Source: an uncultured Candidatus Saccharibacteria bacterium
GTDB lineage: Bacteria; Patescibacteriota; Minisyncoccia; Phycocordibacterales; Phycocordibacteraceae
Length of the DNA stretch: 64,000 nt
Assembly: GCA_964507275.1 (NCBI GenBank)
Contig: CAZDPG010000001.1
Coordinates: forward strand, 86,503 to 150,502
Reading direction: 5' to 3'
Shown here: in pieces, positions 28,003-36,553 of the stretch
How positions within the stretch are numbered: the stretch's first letter is position 1
How the letters are laid out: the number at the start of each line of letters is the position of its first letter
Made by a program: the position numbers and the translations under genes
Notes under the pieces: generated by a model
Database searches by the model: none
Told to the model about the DNA's origin: nothing
The model's input: the letters and a program-made list of their open reading frames with translations, nothing else

Positions 28003-28902
28003 ATGGCAAACCGACATCTCGCTCGCTCTATCGTCCTACAAACGCTCTTTGAGTGGGACACTACGGAAGCATCGAATAAGGACGCCGCTGCGATACTCGC
28101 ACGCAATGTCACCGAGTTCGGCGGCGATGATGTCGATCATCCGTTCATGGATCACCTCCTCGATGGCGTACTCGCCAAGAAAGACGATATCGATCTCGTT
28201 ATCGGGAAAGCCGCTCCCGAGTGGCCGCTCGAGCGCATCGCGCCGGTCGACCGCAACATCTTGCGTCTCGGTCTCTACGAGCTTCTTTTTGCTGATCGCG
28301 CGCAAGTGCCGGCAAAGGTCGCCATCAATGAGGCTATTGAGCTCGCGAAGACCTTCGGCGGGGACTCATCCGGCCGTTTCGTGAACGGTGTCCTGGGGGC
28401 CGTCTACAAAGAGCTCGGCGAACCAGGCAAAGATGAGCAGGGCGGGAAGAAAGTGAAGCGCGAAGAGCTCCCGCTCGAGAAGATGGGCGGCGCTATCGTG
28501 TATGCCAAGCATGATGGGCAGTACTATCTTGCGCTCGTGCATGATGTATTCGGACGATGGACCCTCTCGAAGGGACATATCGAGCAGGATGCCACGCCAG
28601 AGGCTGGCGTCACGCGTATCATCAAAGAAGAACTCGGCCTTGATGCGAAGGTTGAGAGCCAGGTCGGCGAGAATGAATACGTGGCTTCACACCCGGAGAA
28701 AGGGAAGGTGCGCAAGCACGTGTGGTTCTTCCTCGCCGCAAGCCAGTTCGAGCCTTTGATGTTGAAAAAGAGCGGCGGACTCGATGATGCGAAATGGTTC
28801 CGTCTGCAGGACATCATTGACCTTAATTTCTATGATGATATGCTCCCCATCGTCACGGTGGCCGTCCAAAAGCTCCTCGACCACGCGAGCACGCATGCCT
28901 GA
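28003..28902 (+). CDS. nusB: Transcription antitermination factor NusB fused to a NUDIX domain
   Basis: RHLARSIVLQ, DRNILRLG, INEAIELAK, FVNGVLG, then WTLSKGHIE...IKEELG. Confidence 0.92.
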   Translation: MANRHLARSIVLQTLFEWDTTEASNKDAAAILARNVTEFGGDDVDHPFMDHLLDGVLAKKDDIDLVIGKAAPEWPLERIAPVDRNILRLGLYELLFADRAQVPAKVAINEAIELAKTFGGDSSGRFVNGVLGAVYKELGEPGKDEQGGKKVKREELPLEKMGGAIVYAKHDGQYYLALVHDVFGRWTLSKGHIEQDATPEAGVTRIIKEELGLDAKVESQVGENEYVASHPEKGKVRKHVWFFLAASQFEPLMLKKSGGLDDAKWFRLQDIIDLNFYDDMLPIVTVAVQKLLDHASTHA

Positions 28903-29587
28903 TTTCTCTTCACTCGAACAACGTCTCGAACTCTCGTTCACGACTCTCGACCTCCTTGTCGAGGCTTTGACGCACCGCTCCTACCTGAACGAGCATCGCG
29001 AATACAGTGGGTCGCATAATGAGCGGCTGGAGTTTCTCGGCGATGCCGTACTCGAGCTCGCCGTTACCGACTTCCTCTTCAAGAAATTTCCTGCGAAGCC
29101 TGAGGGAGATTTGACGGCATACCGTGCCGCTCTGGTGAACACGGTCTCGCTTGCCGAGAGCTCGAGCGCTCTCGGGATAAGCGACTACCTCCTACTCTCG
29201 AAAGGCGAGTCGAAAGATACAGGCCGCGCACGCGACGTCATCCTCGCCGACGCTTTCGAAGCAATCATCGGCGCTATCTATCTCGATGCAGGGTACGCCG
29301 CCGCCGAAGCGTTCATCGCAAAGCACTTGTATAAAAAAATAGACGACGTCATCGCCAAGCGCTCATACCAGGATGCGAAGAGTCTCTTCCAGGAGACCGC
29401 GCAGGAGAAGCGCGGCATCACGCCTTCCTATGAGACGCTCTCCGAAGTCGGTCCGGATCACGACAAGGTTTTCGTGGTGGGCGTATTTATCGGTGATACA
29501 GAAATCGCGCGCGGAGAAGGGAAGAGCAAGCAGGAGGCAGAGCAAGCAGCAGCGCAAGCGGGGCTTGATGCAATGAAGTGGGCGTAA
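28895..29587 (+). CDS. rnc: Ribonuclease III
   Basis: ALTHRS, NERLEFLGDAVL, ADAFEAIIGAIYLD, dsRBD. Confidence 0.97.
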   Translation: MPDFSSLEQRLELSFTTLDLLVEALTHRSYLNEHREYSGSHNERLEFLGDAVLELAVTDFLFKKFPAKPEGDLTAYRAALVNTVSLAESSSALGISDYLLLSKGESKDTGRARDVILADAFEAIIGAIYLDAGYAAAEAFIAKHLYKKIDDVIAKRSYQDAKSLFQETAQEKRGITPSYETLSEVGPDHDKVFVVGVFIGDTEIARGEGKSKQEAEQAAAQAGLDAMKWA

Positions 29588-29618
29588 AGCCGTCTTCCAT
29601 TTGGTACAATAAACGACA

Positions 29619-31817
29619 ATGCTGAAGCGATTAGAGATCGTCGGATTCAAGTCGTTCGCGAAGAAGACGACGCTTGATTTCGTCAATACGACGACGGCCA
29701 TCGTCGGGCCGAACGGGTCGGGCAAGTCGAACGTCGCTGAGGCGTTCCGCTTCGCGCTCGGCGAACAGTCGATGAAGAGCATGCGTGGGAAGAAGAGCGA
29801 AGACCTCATCTGGGGCGGCTCGCACATGGCACCGCGCTCCAATCGCGCCTCGGTGGCAATCGTCTTCGATAATGCACGCCGGCAATTCAAGATAGACTTC
29901 GATGAGGTCTCTATCGAGCGCGCCGTCTTCCGCGATGGCACGAGCGAATACTCCATCAACGGTTCGCGAGTGCGCCTGCGCGATATCGAGGAGCTCTTGG
30001 CAAGTGCGAATATCGGCGAGACCGGGCACCACATCATTTCTCAGGGTGAGGCAGACCGTATCCTGCTCTCGTCCCCTCGGGAGCGTCGTGCGATGCTTGA
30101 GGATGCGCTCGGGCTCAAGATGTTCGAGTTCAAGAAGAACGAGGCAATCCGGAAGCTGGAAAAGGCTGATGAGAATATCGCTCAGGTGAATTCGCTCCGA
30201 CGTGAGCTCGCGCCGCACCTGCGCTTCCTGGAGAAGCAGGTGGAGAAGCTTGAGCGCGCTGATGGGCTGCGCACCGAGCTCGTGAACCTCGCACAGACGT
30301 ATTTCGCAATCGAGGATCGGTATCTCGCGCAGGAAAAGCTTCGTGTCGTGAAAGAGAAAGAAGCGTCGGCTGAGCGGCTCGCAGTCGTCACGGCAGAGCT
30401 TTCGAACATTGAGGAGCGCGTCACAATCGACGCCGAGGGGATAAAATGGCTCGAGCTCGTGCGCAAGACGGAGCGCGATGTCGAACGAGTAAGCGGCGAG
30501 CGTGGCGTGCTCGCCCGCGAGATAGGCCGTGTCGAAGGCGCGCTTGCTGCCGCAAAGGATCGCAGTGCGCGTATCGCTCGCGAGCCGTATGCGAAGGTGC
30601 CGCGCGAAGACCTGCAGGCGCTTGCGCAGGAGGTGGGGAAGCAGGCTGAGGAAGCGAAGACGCCGGAAGCCATCCGGGTTGCGCTCGATTCGATAGCTTC
30701 GCTCATCAAAGTATTCGTCGGCAGGTTCGCTTCGCCCACGGACGACTATCTCGCCGATGAAGAGCGGACGGCGTATGCGCTTGAGAATGAGCGCACCGAA
30801 CTGCTTGCCAAAGACGCACGTCTTGGCGCAGAGCTCGAACATGCGAAGTCGGCGCTTGCTCGTGCGCGCGAAGCGCTCACCGCACACGACGAGACTGGGC
30901 GTGAGCTGCGCCGCAACATTCTCGAGCTCGCCCAGACGAAAGCGCGCGAAGAGGGTGCGCTTATTGCGTTCTCTGCGAGAGAGCGCGAACTCGTCTCTCT
31001 TGCGGAGTCGCTCGATCGCGACAAAGCGGAGGCAGGCGCGCTCGCTGGCATGGCGGCCATCTCCTATTCGCCGCTCGATACACTTCCTGATGAAGACCGT
31101 CGCACGCAGGAGGAGCGCAAGCGCCTGCTTGAGCGCATTCAGATCCGCCTTGAGGAAGCCGGCGGCACGGGTGAAGACATCCGCCACGAATACGACGAAG
31201 TGAAGAGTCGAGAATCATTCCTCTCTTCCGAACTCGAAGACCTCGCGAAATCAGCATCGGGTCTCCGGGCGCTCATCGACGACTTGGATACTGAACTCAG
31301 CAAGCACTTCTCCGAAGGGCTCGCGAAGGTTAATGCCTCGTTCGGTGAATACTTCGCGCTCATGTTCGACGGCGGCGGTGCACGGCTCACGCTCGAAGAG
31401 CCCGAGGAAGACGAGGATGCCGAGAGCGAAGAGATGCTCGGCGAGCCGAAGGAGAAGGAGCGGGCAGGTATTGAGATCGCGGTCAATCTGCCGAAGAAGA
31501 AAGTGCGCTCCTTGATGCAGCTCTCGGGCGGCGAGCGAGCGCTCACTTCGATTGCCCTTATCTTCGCGATGAGCCAGGTGAATCCACCGCCATTTTTGAT
31601 ACTGGACGAGACCGACGCTGCGCTCGACGAAGCGAACAGCCGCCGCTATGGCGATATGATCGAGAACCTCGCAGAGAAGTCGCAGCTCATCGTTATTACG
31701 CACAACCGCGAGACCATGAGCCGGGCAGGCATTCTCTACGGCGTGACGATGGGCAACGATGGGGTTTCGAAGTTGTTGTCGGTTAAGTTTGATGAAGCGG
31801 TCGCCGTGGCGAAATAG
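29619..31817 (+). CDS. smc: Short SMC-family ATPase
   Basis: GFKSF, GPNGSGKSN, SQG Q-loop, LSGGE, LDETDAALD, ITH; only 732 aa. Confidence 0.9.
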   Translation: MLKRLEIVGFKSFAKKTTLDFVNTTTAIVGPNGSGKSNVAEAFRFALGEQSMKSMRGKKSEDLIWGGSHMAPRSNRASVAIVFDNARRQFKIDFDEVSIERAVFRDGTSEYSINGSRVRLRDIEELLASANIGETGHHIISQGEADRILLSSPRERRAMLEDALGLKMFEFKKNEAIRKLEKADENIAQVNSLRRELAPHLRFLEKQVEKLERADGLRTELVNLAQTYFAIEDRYLAQEKLRVVKEKEASAERLAVVTAELSNIEERVTIDAEGIKWLELVRKTERDVERVSGERGVLAREIGRVEGALAAAKDRSARIAREPYAKVPREDLQALAQEVGKQAEEAKTPEAIRVALDSIASLIKVFVGRFASPTDDYLADEERTAYALENERTELLAKDARLGAELEHAKSALARAREALTAHDETGRELRRNILELAQTKAREEGALIAFSARERELVSLAESLDRDKAEAGALAGMAAISYSPLDTLPDEDRRTQEERKRLLERIQIRLEEAGGTGEDIRHEYDEVKSRESFLSSELEDLAKSASGLRALIDDLDTELSKHFSEGLAKVNASFGEYFALMFDGGGARLTLEEPEEDEDAESEEMLGEPKEKERAGIEIAVNLPKKKVRSLMQLSGGERALTSIALIFAMSQVNPPPFLILDETDAALDEANSRRYGDMIENLAEKSQLIVITHNRETMSRAGILYGVTMGNDGVSKLLSVKFDEAVAVAK

Positions 31818-31886
31818 TCGTTTGGATGTTCATCCTCAAGACTGGTATAATTACCGCGTGTTCAACCAGTGCGAAAGGAGCATGTC

Positions 31887-32051
31887 ATGGCCTCACCGGC
31901 CGGAAGTAAGGGCGGAATTCCCGCCGATTTCAGACAGGAACTGAAAGATCTCCGCGCAAAAGACATGGCACAAAAAGCCACTGCTCCCGGCAAAGAGGAA
32001 ACATCGCCTCAATGTCAGCCAGCGAAAACGGCAGAAGATTCCAGTTCATGA
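31887..32051 (+). CDS. Small hypothetical protein (54 aa)
   Basis: TGGTATAAT promoter at about 31843-31851, SD AAAGGAG, downstream hairpin. Confidence 0.45.
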   Translation: MASPAGSKGGIPADFRQELKDLRAKDMAQKATAPGKEETSPQCQPAKTAEDSSS

Positions 32052-32099
32052 CTGCAATGCAGTTGCAACGGACGCACGACCTACGGGTACGGCGTCTTT

Positions 32100-34049
32100 T
32101 TATACAACCGGTACGAAATCGAGCTCCCGCTCCATGACGCGCGCGGCGAGGAGCTTCACGCGGATAGGGTCGCCGAGGCGGAATGACTTACGTGTGCGTT
32201 TGCCGAGGATCTGGTAGTGCTTCTCGTCGTATTCGAAATAATCATCACCGACGTCTTTGATGCGGATCATGCCGTCGGCATGAGTCGTCTGCTCCTCGAC
32301 ATAGAGGCCGCGCTCGGTGACGCCTGAGATGACCGCGTCGAATTCTTCGCCGATGCGGTCTGCGAGGAATTCGACCTGCTTCATCTTGATGGAGTCCCGT
32401 TCGGCAGAAGCGGCAGCGACTTCGCGCTCGGATGCATGGAGGGCGAGCTTATCGAAGGCCTGCATCTCGGCAGGCGTGATAGGGTCGCCGCCGGCATGCG
32501 CCTTTACGAGGCGGTGGATCACGAGGTCGGGATAGCGGCGGATAGGCGAGGTGAAGTGCGTGTAGAACTCGAACGCGAGACCGAAGTGGCCGATGTTGCG
32601 CGTCGTGTAGATGGCTTTGCTCATCGAGCGGAGCGCGGCGGTCTTTACGAGATATTCCTCGGGCTTGCCTTTGACGGCCTCGAGGAGCTTGTTCAGCTCT
32701 GCACCGGTCACCTTGCCGCTACCGGACGTCTGCAGGTGATAACCCATGACGCGCAGGAGATTCGCGAGGTTCTCGATGCGGTCGGTATCGGGCTCGTCGT
32801 GCACGCGATAGAGTGAAGAGAAGTGCGGTCCACCATTGCTCGTGAGCTTCGCGAGATGCTTCGCCACCGCCTCGTTTGCGAGCAGCATGAAGTCCTCGAT
32901 GAGGAGGTTCGTCGCTTTGCGCTCCTTGAGCCGGATGGCAATCGGTTTGCCAGTCTCGTCGAGCTCGACCTTCACCTCGGCCGTGTCGAACTCGATCGCA
33001 CCCTTCGCCGCACGCCGCGCGCGGATCTTCTTCGAGAGCTCGAGGAGGGTAGCGAGCTCTTCATGCAAATCGCCTTTCCCGGCGTCGAGCACTTCTTGGG
33101 CATTCTCATACGTGAAGCGCTTATCGGAGTGGATGACGGTCTCGCCGAACCACTCGCTCGTGATGTTCGCGTCGCTATCGAGCGTGAAGACGGCTGAGAC
33201 GGCGAGGCGATCCTGGTCCGGGTTGAGCGAGCAGAGGTCGGTCGAGAGGATGTGCGGAAGCATCGGGATGGTGCGATCGACGAGATACACACTAGTCGCG
33301 CGTTCAACCGCCTCCTTATCGAGCGCATTGCCACCCTTCACGAAGAAGGAGACATCCGCGATGTGGACGCCGACTTCGATGAGCCCGTTCTCGAGTTTCC
33401 GTACGGAAAGAGCATCGTCGAAGTCCTTCGCGTCGAATGGGTCGATGGTGCAGGTCGTCACGTTTCTAAAGTCACGTCGGCGCGGATTCTCTGCCTCCGC
33501 TGCGAGTTCAGCACGACCATGCTCTTCGAGCCGCTTCGCTTCAGCCATGACGCCGGGAGGGAAAACAGGCGAGAATCCCTGACCCAGAGCGAGGGCGCGC
33601 ATCTCGGTCTCGTGCACGCCGGCTTTACCGATGATCTCTTCTATCGTGCCGAGCGGGTACTCTTTATCCGCAGCCCACTCTCCGAGACGCACAAGAATCT
33701 TATCGCCGAGCTGTGCCTCACCTCTGTCCAGGATGACGAGCGGCACGTACATCTTCTTGTAGTCCGGCTCGAGCATCGCAAGGCCGTTTTCTTCGATAAG
33801 CGTACCGACGAACGTCTCGCGTGCGCGAGAGACAATCTCTGTGACTTTCCCCGAGGCGCGCGGCGGCATCTTGCCCGAGGGGTCGCGATATTCGCCCATA
33901 GGAGTGACTTTCACCAGGTCGCCTGAGAGCGCGTGGTTGCTCCACTCTGGCGGGATGAGCAGGTCTTCTTGGTCATCGCCCAGGGCAAAGAACCCGAAAC
34001 CTTTCCGGGTCATCGTTATCGGACCCTCGTATATCTCTTTCTCTGGCAT
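32100..34049 (-). CDS. rnr: Ribonuclease R
   Basis: TIDPFDAKDFDDALS, HIADVS, EDFMLLAN, HFTSPIRRYPD, S1 domain. Confidence 0.95.
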   Translation of the reverse strand: MPEKEIYEGPITMTRKGFGFFALGDDQEDLLIPPEWSNHALSGDLVKVTPMGEYRDPSGKMPPRASGKVTEIVSRARETFVGTLIEENGLAMLEPDYKKMYVPLVILDRGEAQLGDKILVRLGEWAADKEYPLGTIEEIIGKAGVHETEMRALALGQGFSPVFPPGVMAEAKRLEEHGRAELAAEAENPRRRDFRNVTTCTIDPFDAKDFDDALSVRKLENGLIEVGVHIADVSFFVKGGNALDKEAVERATSVYLVDRTIPMLPHILSTDLCSLNPDQDRLAVSAVFTLDSDANITSEWFGETVIHSDKRFTYENAQEVLDAGKGDLHEELATLLELSKKIRARRAAKGAIEFDTAEVKVELDETGKPIAIRLKERKATNLLIEDFMLLANEAVAKHLAKLTSNGGPHFSSLYRVHDEPDTDRIENLANLLRVMGYHLQTSGSGKVTGAELNKLLEAVKGKPEEYLVKTAALRSMSKAIYTTRNIGHFGLAFEFYTHFTSPIRRYPDLVIHRLVKAHAGGDPITPAEMQAFDKLALHASEREVAAASAERDSIKMKQVEFLADRIGEEFDAVISGVTERGLYVEEQTTHADGMIRIKDVGDDYFEYDEKHYQILGKRTRKSFRLGDPIRVKLLAARVMERELDFVPVV

Positions 34050-34164
34050 TTCTTGTACTCTAGCAGATTACCCGTCCGATGCTATAGCGCTCATGCCGGC
34101 AGCTCCGTGAGGAAGATGGTCTTTCATTTGCGATTTTGACGTGGTTCTGGTACTGTTCGCCTAC

Positions 34165-34701
34165 ATGTTGATGATCCGATTTCAGCGCATCGGCCGGACT
34201 AATGATCCGGCATTTCGCATTGCCGTTCTTGAGAAGGAACGCGCAGCGAAGGCAGGGAACATAGTCGAACTCTTGGGTACGTACAACCCGAGGAGCAAAG
34301 CGCTTACTCTGAACGAGGAGAGCGTGAAGGGATGGATCGCCAAGGGCGCACAGCCGACGGATTCCATCCGCAACCTCCTCATCTCGAAGGGCGTCATCGA
34401 AGGGAAGAAGGTGAATGTGCTCCCGAAGAAGACTCCGCAGGTAGACGAAGCTGCCGTAGCAGCGGCAGCTGCTACCGAGGCCGCTGCAAAGGCAGAAGCC
34501 GCTGCAGCAGCTAAGGCTGCAGAAGAGGCTGCAAACGCCCCTGAAGCCGTTGTCGCTGAAGAGGTTCCGGCGGCTGAACCGACCCCAATCGCAGAAGACC
34601 TCCCGACCGAGGCAGAGGTAGAAGCAGAAGCAGAGCCAGCTCCGGCAGAAGAGGTGTCCGTAGAAGTTGAGTCGGCACCAGCCGAAACCCCGACCGCGTA
34701 A
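34165..34701 (+). CDS. rpsP: 30S ribosomal protein S16 with Ala/Glu-rich C-terminal tail
   Basis: IRFQRIG, ELLGTYNP, WIAKGAQPT. Confidence 0.95.
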   Translation: MLMIRFQRIGRTNDPAFRIAVLEKERAAKAGNIVELLGTYNPRSKALTLNEESVKGWIAKGAQPTDSIRNLLISKGVIEGKKVNVLPKKTPQVDEAAVAAAAATEAAAKAEAAAAAKAAEEAANAPEAVVAEEVPAAEPTPIAEDLPTEAEVEAEAEPAPAEEVSVEVESAPAETPTA

Positions 34702-34742
34702 CCCGCTCGCGCCCCGCGAGGCGGTGCTAACATATCCCTATC

Positions 34743-35042
34743 ATGGAACCAGACCAAGCTTTTCTCGAATATGCAGTAAAGGCGCTCGTCGATCATCCGG
34801 AGGCCATCGAAACGACGCGCACTATCGATCAGATGGGCGTACTGCTCACGCTCACCGTCCATCCGGACGACATGGGCAAGATTATCGGAAAGAGCGGCAA
34901 GACCGCTGAAGCGCTCCGCATCATCCTGCGTGTCGTCGGTATGAAAGGGAATGCTCGTGTGAATTTGAAGATTAACGAACCGGTTGGCGGGACGCGCGCT
35001 CCGGAAATGAAGACAGTCGATCAAGTGGTTGAGGAACTCTAA
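34743..35042 (+). CDS. khpA: KH-domain RNA-binding protein (KhpA/YlqC)
   Basis: LVDHPE, DMGKIIGKSGKTA; canonical position after rpsP. Confidence 0.9.
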   Translation: MEPDQAFLEYAVKALVDHPEAIETTRTIDQMGVLLTLTVHPDDMGKIIGKSGKTAEALRIILRVVGMKGNARVNLKINEPVGGTRAPEMKTVDQVVEEL

Positions 35043-35054
35043 TTCCTCGCTCAC

Positions 35055-35711
35055 ATGAAATTCCATCTCATCACCCTTTTTGAGGAAGCCTGCGACGCAT
35101 ATCTCTCGGCGTCTATCGTAGGGCGCGCCCGTACGGAGAAGAAGATTTCAGTAACGTATCAGTCTCCCCGTCCGTTCGTTGATAATAAATGGGGCAAGGT
35201 AGACGAGCGTCCGTATGGCGGCGGTCCGGGCATGGTGATGACGGCGCTGCCGGTGGTGCGGGCCGTCGAGAAGTCGCTGAAGTCGCGCAGTACGAAGCTG
35301 CGCAAACAGGTGATCATCTGGTTCAGTCCGAGCGGGAAGCAGTTTACGAATAAAGACGCCGATGCGCTCACCAAGTATGACGACGTGGTACTCGTGTGCG
35401 GCCGGTACGAGGGTATCGACGAGCGTGCGAAGAAAATGCTGAAGACGATTGCGACGGTGAAAGAATTCGCCGTGGGCGAAGCGATCTATACCGGCGGGGA
35501 AGTGCCGGCTCTCGCGATAGTCGATGCCGTCACCCGTCGCTTGCCGGGCGTGCTCGGCAAAGACGCTTCAGTCGAGGAACGCCGCATCGCTTCCTCCGCC
35601 GTCTACACTCGCCCCGAGACTATTTTGTATAAAGAGAAGAAATATAAAGTCCCCAAGGTCCTCCAGACCGGGCACCACGCGAACATCGATGCGTGGCGGG
35701 GTAAGAAATAA
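35055..35711 (+). CDS. trmD: tRNA (guanine37-N1)-methyltransferase
   Basis: VDERPYGGGPGMV, CGRYEGIDER, TGGE, YTRPE. Confidence 0.96.
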   Translation: MKFHLITLFEEACDAYLSASIVGRARTEKKISVTYQSPRPFVDNKWGKVDERPYGGGPGMVMTALPVVRAVEKSLKSRSTKLRKQVIIWFSPSGKQFTNKDADALTKYDDVVLVCGRYEGIDERAKKMLKTIATVKEFAVGEAIYTGGEVPALAIVDAVTRRLPGVLGKDASVEERRIASSAVYTRPETILYKEKKYKVPKVLQTGHHANIDAWRGKK

Positions 35712-35738
35712 AAAAAGTCCCGCCGGGGCGGGACTTTC
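35711..35738. terminator. Bidirectional intrinsic terminator
   Basis: AAAGTCCCGCC-GG-GGCGGGACTTT. Confidence 0.75.
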
Positions 35739-35751
35739 ATGGCGGTCAGTG

Positions 35752-36267
35752 TCAGGCGACGCCGAACTTCTCGAGCATCTCAATGAAGCGGGTACCGTCT
35801 CGGTCGCGTGCGCTCATCACGCTGGCCTCGGGGCGTACGGAAGCAATCGCGAGCGTGTAGTTGCCCCAGACACTTCTTGTGGGTGCGTCGAAACGATGGT
35901 TATTCTCGAGCCAGATTTGCGCGTGGACGCCTTTCTTCCCGATTCCGCCTTGGACGTCTATCCAGGAGACTCCCGTGATTGTGTCCATGAGGGTCACAAC
36001 CCCTCCCTTGGTGTCCTGGCAGCAGATAAGCGTTTTCGTATCAGGGCGCAGCTCGGAAAGGAACTGCGTAAGCGCGGGGTACATGAAGCGTCCATGGTAC
36101 ATCTGCGTTCTGATTTGCCAGGGGCGATCGGCGCGATACGCATCCACGACGGCTTTCGGCCAATGGTCCGGGCGAAGATTGAGAATGATCCTCGGATCCT
36201 GAAGCGTCGCTTCGAGAAGCGGATTCGGGGGATCGACAATGAGTGAAGGTACTTGAGATGATGACAT
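35752..36267 (-). CDS. Hypothetical protein (ORFan islet)
   Basis: SD AAGGAG, TTGACT..TATTAT promoter, 171-aa ORF. Confidence 0.65.
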   Translation of the reverse strand: MSSSQVPSLIVDPPNPLLEATLQDPRIILNLRPDHWPKAVVDAYRADRPWQIRTQMYHGRFMYPALTQFLSELRPDTKTLICCQDTKGGVVTLMDTITGVSWIDVQGGIGKKGVHAQIWLENNHRFDAPTRSVWGNYTLAIASVRPEASVMSARDRDGTRFIEMLEKFGVA

Positions 36268-36366
36268 GACAGGTCTCCTTGGTCACTTTCAGTTGCGATA
36301 GTAAATCTCTCTGCGACAGATAATACGCCATAATTCATAGAAGTCAATATATACCAGAGTAATCTC

Positions 36367-36411
36367 TTGTCCCCAGACCCCTTGCACGAAAGAGGTCCCG
36401 TCTGGTACAGT
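36367..36411 (+). promoter_or_regulatory. rpoB promoter with upstream DnaA-box-like 9-mer
   Basis: TTGTCCCCA-6 nt-TTGCAC-18 nt-TACAGT with an extended TG. Confidence 0.6.
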
Positions 36412-36553
36412 ACGAGCATCAGATACGACTGAGTAACGGAGGGCGGGGCAGATTCATACGGGAACCAAAGAAAAACGCATAAGCGCAAGCGGATTTATTT
36501 CCGTGCGTTCGCATTTGTATATAGTTTTTTTAATCACTTCACGCAACCACCAC

